A stretch of DNA of 64,000 bases from Candidatus Latescibacterota bacterium (GTDB taxonomy: Bacteria; Latescibacterota; UBA2968), in NCBI GenBank assembly GCA_965198115.1, contig OZ240241.1, forward strand, positions 512,001 through 576,000, written 5' to 3'. A model generated the notes under the pieces. It made no database searches. It had not been told where the DNA came from and saw nothing but the letters and a program-made list of their open reading frames with translations. Position 1 is the stretch's first letter. Each line of letters begins with the position of its first letter. Made by a program: the position numbers and the translations under genes. Shown piece after piece: positions 9,140 through 19,300 of the stretch.

Positions 9140-12100
9140 CTAGAAGCTGAACCTGGCACCGAAAGTAAAGTCACGTGGATTGCTGTAAATCATGTAGGGC
9201 CGCCGCAGATCCGGGAAGTCCTCGACATCCGTGCCCGGCCGTTTACCTTCGTTGAGATTCCCGTTCGAATCCAGGGTCCACCCGATCGACTCCATGTAGG
9301 CCCTATAGCGGTTCGTCGTGTTCGTACCCGCATATTGGAACGCTTGGCCACCGCCGAAGCTGCCAACCCCATTCCTGGGTGTGTCCTCAGAGTTAACACC
9401 GAAGTCCCCATTGTAATTGCCGCCCGGGGTCGTGTGGGTGTTCTTGAAGTTGAGCGGGTTGGAGATCTCCATAAATATCATCGGAGATCCCTGCATGTCG
9501 AACATCTTGGCAAGACGGATATGCCCCGTGTAGGAGTCCTTCCACTGGGCGTTGAGCTGGTTGATCAGCGAAGCGTCCGAGTTGCCGGGGTTGTAATTGA
9601 AGTAATCGCCCGCTTCACGCTCGAAGTAGAATCCGAGGTTCCACCCGCCCTTGAGCAGGGCCTGGTCGCCACCGTAATCCAGCGGCGTGCGCCAGACACC
9701 GCCGAGCTTGATCTGCGGCTTGGCCTTGAACGGCGGAGCTGCGTTATTCGGGTTGTCCGCGAGTACGCTTCGGTTAACATCCGAGACCGTCTTGACATCG
9801 TAGATCTGACGCCATCCGGCGTTACGAACCCGAGCGACCCGGATGTCCCACGAGAGGAACCCGGTGAAGAACTTGCCCCGCGACTTCTGCAGCTTCAGCT
9901 CGATGCCGCGGGCATCCATAGCGAACGCGTTCTGCGAGAGTCGGGGTCCCCCGTCGTTGAAGGCACCGCGGGTCCGAGAGTCGGCCCAGCCTTCGTTCTC
10001 GAGGTCTTTGAAGTAGACCGTCCCGGTCAGCAGATACGTGCCCTGGAAGCTTCGCTCGTAGCCCATCTCGTACTGGATCGTCCGCTCCATCGACATCCAC
10101 GGGTTCCCGAGGTACTCGAGCGACTGACCCAGACCACTCTGCGTGCGATACATGTCCCGCGTGTTCACCAACTGGTTGAAGTGACCGTAGTTGAGGAACA
10201 TCTTGCTGAGCGTCGTGATCGGGTACGAAACGCCGAACCTCGGGCTGAATGCGTAATCGGTCGGCGGCCTGACTTTACGAGCAGCCGCGTAGACCTGCTC
10301 CGCACGCCGGCCGAACCACGGGAAATGCGTTTCGTTCGGCAGGTCGAAGAAGAGGTCGGGGCGGTGCCAGTCAAACCGGAAGCCTGCGTTGGCCACGATC
10401 GACCGATACTCCATCCTGTCCTGGAAGAAGACCCCACCGTAGATCGGGGTCTCCACCCAGTAGTTGTTGTGGTCACCGGTCGCGCCGCCCGTGGGCACCT
10501 CGACTTCGGGGCGCCACGGATAGATCTCGTTACCCGTTGCAGAAATTCGAGGCCCACTATACTCGTCCTTGTAGATGGGATCGGCGAATTCCGGCACGGC
10601 CGCAGGCACGTAGCCCCGGTTCTCGTGGAGGTGGAAATGATGGATCTGGACGCCCGCCTTCATCTGGTGGTTGGGCGTGACCTGGCTGGTGATGTCGAGC
10701 GTGAAGTCGTTCTCCCAGATCGACGACCAGTCGCCGGCGCGGCTGTGGCCCCCACCGCCCTGCATTCTGTAGATGCTCAGAATGTCATTGCCACCGGGTT
10801 TGTAGTTCCAGCCAAAGGGCGCCTCGTTCAGGACGACGGCCCCCGAGGCCGATGCGGCGGCTGCGGCGGCGGCATCATTTATCTGCGTTCGAGCGCCGCT
10901 GGTGCTGATTGCCACGGCGGGGGCGGAGGTGTTCTTGAACGGGTGCCACTTTTTGGTCCAGTCCACGCTCCCGAAGCGCGCCGTGAAGTTGTAGAATGTC
11001 TTCGGCGAAAGCGTGTGCGACCAGTTGATCAACGCGTGGTTGCGGAGAATCTCCAGCTTCTGGAATTGGGCACCAGGCATCCACATTTGGGTGTTGTCAA
11101 GGGCCTCGAACACAGACTGTACCGTACGGTAGGGGGCTCCGACGTTGTTGAGCCTGTGGCCCCCCTCCTGCCATCCCCGAATGTAGGAGACCTGAAGCTT
11201 CGTAGACGCAAAAGGCCGGAAGGTGAGTTTTGCCTGGGTGGTATTGTCTCGATAGGAGGGCAGCGAAACATCGAAGGGATAGGCCATCCGTTCCTTCCGA
11301 GACGAGAACAAGAAGCCCACCTTGTCCCCAAGAAGCGGCCCGCCGACCGTGCCGTCCCACATGTAGTCGGAACCACGATTTTCCGGGTTGGTGTTGAATT
11401 GGCCGCCCTCGGCGAACGGGTCATTCTCATCATAACGCCGATGCTGCCATTCCCAGATCGCTCTGGCCTGGGCCACCGTCGTGATGTTGTCGGTGCCCGA
11501 GGTCCCAGCGTTCCACGTTTTGTCGCCCGCGGTACGATTCGCGAGTTCTTGTGTCCATCCGGTGAAGTCGGGTGTGCCGTCGCCGTTCCTGTCGGGCGTC
11601 GGGGAGTCGGACAGGAAGCGGCCGACGTCCCACCAGTTATCCTCGGAATAAAGGTTCGGCCCGAAGTGCTTTTTCCCGGGGTCACTATAATTGGCTTCGG
11701 CCGAAATGAAGAAATTGGTGGGCTCTTTGGTGACATAGTTGACGACGCCGCCACGCACGTTTCCGTGCTCGGCGTTGAAGCCGCCTGACAGAATCTGGAC
11801 CTGCTTGACTGCTGTCTTTGAAAAAGACGTGTAGGCTCGCCGCTGGCGGTTGTCGTTGGCCGAGACCCCGTCCATGCTGTAGGAGATCTTTTCGGGCTCC
11901 TCACCACGGATCGTGATCCCCCACGCAGCATTGTTGATCCCGACCTGTGAAGCCACCTGATCGCGGATCCTCCCACCGACCGGGATCGCTTCGATCTGGT
12001 CTTGAGTGAGAGCCTGCTGGGCAAAGGACACGTCCATCTGGACGGGGTCCAGATCGGCCGTGACGACCAATTCGTCCAGCTGAGCGTCGGTCTGGCTGAG

Positions 12101-12436
12101 CTCGAAGTCCACAGTCGCGGTACGATCGAGCAGCACGTCAACGCCCGTCCTGTTGAGCGAACGATAACCGACCAGCGACGCCTGGACATTGTAGATGCCG
12201 GGCGGAACCTGAAGAATAAAGTATTCGCCGTTCACACCAGCGGTTCCACCGAGGCGGGTGCCTTCGAGGACGACGTTGGCGCCGGGGAGTGATTCTCCCG
12301 TCGACGCGTCCGTTACCCGTCCGGATACCTTACCCACCGTGGACTGCGCGTCCACACCCGATGGGAAAACTACCAGAGCCAGAATCAGAATCGCGCAGAG
12401 GCCCGGCAGCCGTGTGATCCAAGAGCGATGATTCAT
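9140..12436 (-). CDS. TonB-dependent receptor with N-terminal carboxypeptidase-regulatory-like domain
   Basis: GKVSGRVTDASTGESLPGANV; plug motifs IRG..., ILSGGFNAEHGN..GGVVN; SPRFGVSYPI; ends FGARFSF; SD TAGGAGG. Confidence 0.92.
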   Translation of the reverse strand: MNHRSWITRLPGLCAILILALVVFPSGVDAQSTVGKVSGRVTDASTGESLPGANVVLEGTRLGGTAGVNGEYFILQVPPGIYNVQASLVGYRSLNRTGVDVLLDRTATVDFELSQTDAQLDELVVTADLDPVQMDVSFAQQALTQDQIEAIPVGGRIRDQVASQVGINNAAWGITIRGEEPEKISYSMDGVSANDNRQRRAYTSFSKTAVKQVQILSGGFNAEHGNVRGGVVNYVTKEPTNFFISAEANYSDPGKKHFGPNLYSEDNWWDVGRFLSDSPTPDRNGDGTPDFTGWTQELANRTAGDKTWNAGTSGTDNITTVAQARAIWEWQHRRYDENDPFAEGGQFNTNPENRGSDYMWDGTVGGPLLGDKVGFLFSSRKERMAYPFDVSLPSYRDNTTQAKLTFRPFASTKLQVSYIRGWQEGGHRLNNVGAPYRTVQSVFEALDNTQMWMPGAQFQKLEILRNHALINWSHTLSPKTFYNFTARFGSVDWTKKWHPFKNTSAPAVAISTSGARTQINDAAAAAAASASGAVVLNEAPFGWNYKPGGNDILSIYRMQGGGGHSRAGDWSSIWENDFTLDITSQVTPNHQMKAGVQIHHFHLHENRGYVPAAVPEFADPIYKDEYSGPRISATGNEIYPWRPEVEVPTGGATGDHNNYWVETPIYGGVFFQDRMEYRSIVANAGFRFDWHRPDLFFDLPNETHFPWFGRRAEQVYAAARKVRPPTDYAFSPRFGVSYPITTLSKMFLNYGHFNQLVNTRDMYRTQSGLGQSLEYLGNPWMSMERTIQYEMGYERSFQGTYLLTGTVYFKDLENEGWADSRTRGAFNDGGPRLSQNAFAMDARGIELKLQKSRGKFFTGFLSWDIRVARVRNAGWRQIYDVKTVSDVNRSVLADNPNNAAPPFKAKPQIKLGGVWRTPLDYGGDQALLKGGWNLGFYFEREAGDYFNYNPGNSDASLINQLNAQWKDSYTGHIRLAKMFDMQGSPMIFMEISNPLNFKNTHTTPGGNYNGDFGVNSEDTPRNGVGSFGGGQAFQYAGTNTTNRYRAYMESIGWTLDSNGNLNEGKRPGTDVEDFPDLRRPYMIYSNPRDFTFGARFSF

Positions 12437-12750
12437 GCTTTCCTCCTAAATGAGGTTCTTTCACGATCGACAGTATCCGAAGGGATTTTCCCGGGAGAAA
12501 CCGGCGACCGACGTCACTTTTGCTTCTTTACCGAGGGAGTGAAGATCTACTCAGTCTGATACTACACCTTAAGAGATCTCTTCGATAGAATCCTCCTTAT
12601 AGTGGCCCTCCCAAGGGGAATGAAACATCCAAAAAGCTGTTTTATTTGAACTTAGGATGAAGCGCACCATTCACGGTTTCTGGTTGAATCTAACCCCAAG
12701 ACGACCTTCCCAAACCGCTGCAGGCACACTTTTCCGACCATATCACAGTG

Positions 12751-12780
12751 ATGTTAACACAAGAGAGATGCGTTTGTCAA
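12751..12780 (-). promoter_or_regulatory. Putative sigma70 promoter of the TBDR operon
   Basis: TTGACA-18 bp-TAACAT with extended -10 TG; palindrome ATCACAGTGAT (12742-12752) at the predicted start site. Confidence 0.6.
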
Positions 12781-12811
12781 GATAAAATCGGGACTTTTTG
12801 CGGGTACCTTA

Positions 12812-14073
12812 GTACTCCTGTTCTCAAATACGGTGACGTATTCTAAGCAGACTTTGCCAAGGGCGTATCGTAGAACCTGAGTTTGTCGATCATCTCCGCG
12901 AGATCTGTTCGTGTGAACTTCCATTTGAAGGGTGTGGCGATACGTCCGTAGCGTTCCTGAAAACCGAGGATTCTTGCCTCAAGCTCTTCGAGCGATGCAA
13001 ATTCGATAGGTGTCAGAGCCTTGCGTTTGAGGATCGAGAAGTAGATCTCGATCTGATTGAGCCAGCTTGCGTGGATCGGAAGGTGAACGGGGTGGATGTT
13101 TGGCCACTTCCCCCGGATACGGTCGATGCATGTTTGCCCTCGGTGCGAGGAGCCATTATCCACGATGAGGTAGACTTTCTTTGCCGAGCAATAGGGTTTC
13201 CGGCTCATGATCAGGCTCAGGAGCCGGTTGAAGGGCTCGATACCCGAAGAAGACTCACAGAGACCGAAGATTCGACCATTGTGCACGTCGAGAGCAGCCA
13301 GATAGGCCAGGGCTCCTTTCCGCTCGTATTCGTGTTTCAACGCGTGCCGCTCTGTTCGAGGCTGGCGGTAGGGTAACGTGCTTGCGAGCTCGTGCTTGAA
13401 TACTGGTCTTTTCGTCGGCAGAAAGTACATATTCCCTCGGCCCTAAAGGCTTTCCTTGCCATTGGCGGTGATACAGATCAAGGACTCTACCTGCTTTGGT
13501 TTGGAAGTCCGGGTCCCGTGGGAAAATCCAGGAGCGATGATACCAAGGACGAATCGCGTCCTCGTTCAACCAGCGCCAGACAGTGGCGCCGCTGATCTTG
13601 GCAACGAAGCCCCTTTGCACTGCCTCGGCGGCAATCTCGGAACAGCTGGACCGCGAGAGCGGTATCCCGCTCTCGCTCGGTAGTTCACACGCCAGCGCCT
13701 TGATCTGAACGACCACCTGAGGGGGGAAAACCGGGCGGGCGCCCGGGACGAGATCTATCTTCGAGTCCCGAAAGACGCTCTTCGAAAAAGCGCTTACGCC
13801 ATTTGCTTACGATCGGACGCGGGACATCCAACCGTTGGGCGATAATCTTGTTGGATAATCCCTCGGCGGCGAGAAGCACGATTTTCGATCGGATCACTTG
13901 ATAATACGGTAACGTATATTGTCCAGCCATTCGCTCGAGGTCGACCCGTTCCTTCTCAGACAGTAGCACCACATAAGGCGAACGTCTTGGCATTGTTCTC
14001 CTCCTTTTGAAGGAGAACATAAGCTACAAATAATGTTCAGAACATACGTAATAATGTTTATGAAACCATGCAC
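12812..14073 (-). mobile_element. IS630-family insertion sequence (second subfamily)
   Basis: Imperfect ~30-bp TIRs (GTACTC...ACGTA / GTGCAT...ACGTA); TTA duplicated at 12809-12811 and 14074-14076. Confidence 0.85.
12843..13993 (-). pseudogene. IS630 transposase split over three frames
   Basis: HTH ORF (from ATG 13993), then a shift at T4C6 (13721-13730) to IKALACELP...SADEKTSIQAR, then an extra A at ~13335 before HEYERKG...VDNGSSH...ASWLNQIEIYF. Confidence 0.85.
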
Positions 14074-14252
14074 TTAGGTCCAGTTTTCACGGGCAGGTAA
14101 GCGCAATTCGGGAGGAGACCGTCAAAGGCAAATAAATCGAGCGGTGAAAGGTGCCGACCTTCTGCTGAAGGCTCTGGCGAGGGGCGGTTTCGGGATCGGG
14201 AATGAATGGATGCGGGAGCCTGTTTACAGATCGTTCCATCTCGGAAAACGAG

Positions 14253-16187
14253 TTACCAGGCGACGTGAATCTCGTGCCCCTGTCCGTTGAACCAGACGAT
14301 GTCGACGGCCACATTGAGGGCGATTCCCGCCATGAACCCGACGAGCAACCCCAGGAAGAAGGGCGTTGCCATTCGATACCTCTCGAGACCACCGAGCTTG
14401 AGCAAGACCGTCTTGACCAGCCAGATGGCGAAAATCGATGTCACCAGCCGGCGAGAAACGACCGTGGCTGGGAAGACGAAGCCGATGGGATGTAGCGGAA
14501 AGCTCGGAAACTGATAGCGAATGAAGATCAGAAGGGCGGTGAAGAGGCTTCCGGCTCCGAAAAAGGCGATCCGGTTCCAGTCGGTGGAGAGGCTGCCTTC
14601 TTGAATACGGCTGGCTGTAAGCTGCAAGGCGCCCACCGGGCCATCGTTACTTCCGTTAAAACTCTTGACCCCGAAGTTGTAACTCCCCGTGAGGTGACCT
14701 TCATATAGAATGAAGGTGAACACGGTGGAAGCTCCGATCAGACACCCGATGAGGATGGCAGGGACGAGTCGTCTTCGACTTCCAACGTTCATGGCGGCGC
14801 CGAAGCGTGGAATGTGGGCCATGGCGGTCATGCCAAGGGTTTTCGTGTCACAGTTGAGGGAAAACGTGAGGCCGACCAGAGCAGCGCTCACGGGACCCAT
14901 GCCGGTGACGCCGAATAGATGCCACGTGAAGGCCTGGGCGGTGATCGGACCTCGCATGAAGACCAGTCCGGCTTCGACCATGATGCGTGACAGTCCGAGG
15001 TAAAGGATCCACGTGGCGAACCCGAAGGCGAAGATCGGTCCCCAGTCCATTCCGGCGATGCGGAAGAAGAGAATGAAGTAAAGGTTGCAGAACAGGAAGC
15101 CGAGAACCGAGGCACGATAAGACATCAGCTCACCTGAATCATCGACCTCGTCGCCCCGTCCAAAGGCTTTTCGTCCGACGTCTTTCAGGTGGTTTCTGGC
15201 GATCCATAGCCCCCAGAGCACAAAAACCACCATTCCGCCAAAGTTCTGCCAACCGACGGCGGGATCCGAGGAGGTCCAGGGGTCCGGGCTCCCTATGCTG
15301 AACCCGAGCCGTGCGAAGACCCCGATCTGCAAAATCGTCAGGAGGTTGAAGAACCACAGACTGAAAAGAACCTCGGACTTCGTGAAATACCCGAAGACGA
15401 AGGTCAGCAGGCTGTCGGTCAGGATATAGGTGGGGAAACCCTGTCCGATGACGATCTGGCGAACCGATTGGCCCCCGTGCAGCAGCGGAATCGGCGGGAG
15501 CGCGAAGACAAACCAGGAGGTCACGTTCCAGCCGATGATTCCGAAGACGATCCAGAATCCGACCCAGAAGAGTCGCTCCCCAAGCAGGGTCCGCAACGTC
15601 CCACGCGATCCCGAGACACCCGTCAGCTCCAGCAGCGCCGTCGCGACTGGGAAGGGGAGTCGCTCATTTTCCATCCACTGCCTGCGGAGGATCACACTGA
15701 TCGAGGCGTTTGCCACGAGTACGGCCCCCACGAACGTGCCCCACCAGAATAGAGGCCCTATCCAGGACCCGAGGGGGATATGGTCGCCCGTGAGCCCTTC
15801 GTAGAACTCTTTGGTGGCGTGGGCATCGATGATGGCCCACTGGGGGAGGTATTGAATCAGCAGATCGGCCCAGCGGTTTTCCGCTGTGGCGAAGTAGGTG
15901 GGGGCTGTGATGACCCCTAGAAACCAGCCGGACAACCACTCGCCCTGCATGCAGGCAGCCACCATACCCATGGAAGAGATCGTCAGGAGTTCGGTGGAAG
16001 TAAGATGCTTGCCCTGTCGCTCCAATACCCGGTTGAGGAGGAGCAGGAACGTGAACGGAATGAGCATCGCGAGCGAGAGGTGTGCGTGGTCGGCGCGGGA
16101 TGAATGGGCGATGAGGCTCGTGTAGGCAGGCCAGAGGTTGGCCCAGGATGCCATGACGAGGCCGAGTAAAAAGGCCCGCCGGGTCAT
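14253..16187 (-). CDS. DUF6785/DUF6784-like large membrane protein (putative transporter)
   Basis: MTRRAFLLG start; ILRRQWMENERLPFP and FPLHPIG motifs; many TM helices. The longer ORF start overlaps a terminator. Confidence 0.8.
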   Translation of the reverse strand: MTRRAFLLGLVMASWANLWPAYTSLIAHSSRADHAHLSLAMLIPFTFLLLLNRVLERQGKHLTSTELLTISSMGMVAACMQGEWLSGWFLGVITAPTYFATAENRWADLLIQYLPQWAIIDAHATKEFYEGLTGDHIPLGSWIGPLFWWGTFVGAVLVANASISVILRRQWMENERLPFPVATALLELTGVSGSRGTLRTLLGERLFWVGFWIVFGIIGWNVTSWFVFALPPIPLLHGGQSVRQIVIGQGFPTYILTDSLLTFVFGYFTKSEVLFSLWFFNLLTILQIGVFARLGFSIGSPDPWTSSDPAVGWQNFGGMVVFVLWGLWIARNHLKDVGRKAFGRGDEVDDSGELMSYRASVLGFLFCNLYFILFFRIAGMDWGPIFAFGFATWILYLGLSRIMVEAGLVFMRGPITAQAFTWHLFGVTGMGPVSAALVGLTFSLNCDTKTLGMTAMAHIPRFGAAMNVGSRRRLVPAILIGCLIGASTVFTFILYEGHLTGSYNFGVKSFNGSNDGPVGALQLTASRIQEGSLSTDWNRIAFFGAGSLFTALLIFIRYQFPSFPLHPIGFVFPATVVSRRLVTSIFAIWLVKTVLLKLGGLERYRMATPFFLGLLVGFMAGIALNVAVDIVWFNGQGHEIHVAW

Positions 16188-16246
16188 CGTTCGATCTTTG
16201 CGGAAGGATCGTGGTGGTTGAGGGAGGGCACGTTCCCATAAACGGC

Positions 16247-16279
16247 AAAAGGCTCGCGTGTCGCAACACGCGAGCCTTT
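16247..16279 (-). terminator. Intrinsic terminator downstream of the GWxTD gene
   Basis: aaaggctcgcgtgt-loop-acacgcgagcctttt. Confidence 0.75.
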
Positions 16280-16370
16280 CGCTGATCCATTGGGACGATT
16301 CTGCTAAGGTAGGGGTCAAGCTCGCCGAACCGGAAGATCAGGTCCTTGCCACTCCGGTGAAATACTGCTA

Positions 16371-19300
16371 TTACTCGCCGATCAAGAAGATGACGTCCTT
16401 CTCGGTGGTTTGCTGGGAATTCAGATCCGTGACGGTTACCCTCAGCTCGTAGCGACCCTCTTTGGACTCGCCCGGATCAATTTCGAGGTAGTTGTGCTCG
16501 TCGGTCTCCGATCCGGTTCGCTCGTAGGAGATCGTAACGACGGACTTTTCGACGATGCCGAGCAACCGGCCGAGAGCGCGGAGCACACGTATCCCGCTGA
16601 GCTTTCCCTCCTTCGCGGTGATACGGTAGTCCACGCGATAGCGCGTCTGACCGAATTCGTCGGGCTGGAGTCCATAGACTTCGTAGTAGACGACGACTGG
16701 CTGTCCGAACTTGAACGTGCGAGAGGGCAGAGGGATGACACGCAGACCTCCCTTCCCGACGATGGTCGAATCCGATTCCACGTGCCCGGCGAGTTCGATG
16801 TCGCTCATTTGCAGGTCGGTCGTGCCGTATTCTTCGACGAGGAGCTCTTGCGTGAAGCCGCCCTGACGGTGTGTCGCGGGGTGGTTGATCTGAAGGCCCA
16901 GGTAGTACTTGCCCGGTGGGACCTGGAGTGCCAGCTCGTCGATGGCGAGGGTGCCGGCTTCCACGTCGGTTTCGTCGATGGCGAAGCCCAATGGCACGAG
17001 TCTGCGGTAGATCGGCGTCCAGGTGCTGTCGAACAGGGCAACGCCTCGCTCGAATGTTTCCCCCCCGCCGGCCATCACTTCTTGGAGCGGGACCCCCAAA
17101 TAGACTTCAAGCCGAGTTCGGTCGGGGGTGCCCCTGAAGTCGGCGGTGGCGAAATGAAACCCCAGCTCGTTGCCCGGCGGCACGTATCGGTCGGGCTGTG
17201 CCCTCGCGGCCTTGGCGACGACGACGTCGGAACGTCGTTCAGTCCATAGGAGTTGATTGAAGTCGGAGATCCTCCGGCCACCGCTGATGTCGGGATAGTC
17301 GAAGAACTTTTCGTTCGTCAACGAAGTGAAGACGACCTCGATGCCGCCGGCCACGTCGGTGTAGATCCAGTATTCCCAGGGCGTCGTGCTATCGACCGGG
17401 AAAAGCGGGATTCCACGAATGCTGTGGTCACGTGTCTTGGCACGATGGGTCAGATCTGTGGTGCCCCGAACATAGCGTGTGTCGTTTTCCTCGTTGTCGG
17501 CCTCGGACACGAAGAAAGACCTGTTCGGATTCATCTCGAAATCGATGGACTCGAAATCGGCTCCTCTGACGTGCCGAGCTTCGGGTTCGATTTTGCCATC
17601 CCTTGTAGAGGTGCGGTAACGCCCGGCTCGCGCGATGACTTCTTCGCGGGCCTCGGGTGTGAGTGTGGATTGGAGTCTGTCCTTCACGCGGACGACGTGC
17701 CAATCGGTTTCGTAGCGGCGGTCGGTGCTCGTGCTCATATGGGCGGGTTCGCCATAACGGATGTAGACGTCACCTCGACGGTCCCACGTCTTCCCACGGG
17801 CGGAGTAGTGGCGGATGGCGTGGACGACCCGTCTGTAGTGTTCGACGAGTCGCTCGTTGCCCGGCGTGGCCGGCGTCGGGTCACGCTTCTGCCAGAATGC
17901 GCGGATGAATGCCGGGCGGTCCTCGGGTTCCAGCCCGTTGAACTCGGCAATCTCATCGGGTCCTGCGACGAGGGCAATGTCCTCGACACGCGACCGGTCC
18001 GCTTCATCCAGCGTCAGAATCTCCTCGGCGATCAGGGCCTGGGCTTTGCCGGTCTCACGGGTGTTGAGATAGGCGTCGAGAAGAGGGTGGATGCAGTGTT
18101 CTCTGAACTCGGGACGGGAGTCCATCAGGTCGCGCCAGGCCGTAGTCGCGGTGTCGATTCGGCCCTGCTTGAACAGGACACGCCCGAGGTCGAACCTCGC
18201 CCAGGCGTGGAGCGGGTTGACTTCGATCTGCCGCTTGTGTGCGGCCACACTTTCCTCCAGCCTGTTGTGGCGCTCGAACAGTCGTCCCGCGACATAGAGG
18301 AGTTCCGGATGCGTATTGTCGTGGAGGACGGCCTTCACTATCCGATCCAGCTCTTCGTCTTTGTTGCCCTTCCCCTGGATGAACAGGGCAAGCTCCCGAT
18401 TCACCACGGGTGCTTTCCAATCGGGGGCAAGTTCGCCCGCTGTCTGGAAACGCTCTGCGGCCTCGCCCCAATCCTTCCTTCCGATCTGGGCGATGCCGTG
18501 GGCGTTGTAGGCCTCGGCCAGGTCCGTCTGGATGTTGAAAGCCCTCTGGGAATAGATTTCTCCTTCGGACATCAACCCGACTTCGAGCGCCAGCAGAGCG
18601 TCAGCCGTCAGCGCATAAGGGTCGTCCTTGTTTTCCTCGAAGATGAAGTCCAGGATCTCGCGTCCCTCGACCACGGCCAGGGTGTCGGCTTCGGGAACGC
18701 GTCCTGCGAACGTTTTGTCGACGCGCTTCTGGAGCGTCTTTTCGTGTCCCAGGTTGCGGATCGTCGAGAGACTGACTTCATAATGAGCCAAGCCAGTCAG
18801 GGGCCCCACATACGCCCGTGCGAACGCAGGCTGGCGATCGAGCCAGTGACCGTAGAGGAAGCGCGCACGCTCTGGGGGCGTCAGGGCGTCGTAGCTGGCA
18901 ACTCCTTCTGGCGACGCGTAATGTTCGAGGAGTCGGCGGCCCTGAGCTTGTCTGTCGTCTGTGAAGACGTTGGATGGGGTGTCGGGGCCGGAGAGCCTGA
19001 ACACGCGTTCGGAGGTGGCACGCTGGGAGCCCGCGCTTGCCTCGACCCGGAGGGTGTACTCGTCTGGTGGAAGATGACGGAGTGGAACGCCTTCGATGAA
19101 CCGACCCTTGTCGCGGTAGGTGGGGTAGTCGCGTTCGTGCCTGAAAACGACGTGGCCGAAACGATCGAGGACGTGGAACCGAACGGTGTGAGCGAGCTGC
19201 CCGATCTCGTAGAGCTCGACATACCAACGTACGGGCTCGTCTTCGGCCACGTTGCGCGACGGCGCGGGGAGAAGCACGCGGTTGTTCTTCCTGAGCAGAT

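Noticed and set aside
9335-11788. 817-aa plus-strand ORF (likewise 1068..2636, 5510..6769, 17253..19415, 37198..38769, 50066..52258)
   Set aside because: Antisense shadows of real high-GC genes; no recognisable motifs.
12437-12750. Cobalamin or TPP riboswitch upstream of the TBDR
   Set aside because: B12-box and TPP consensus elements not found by eye.
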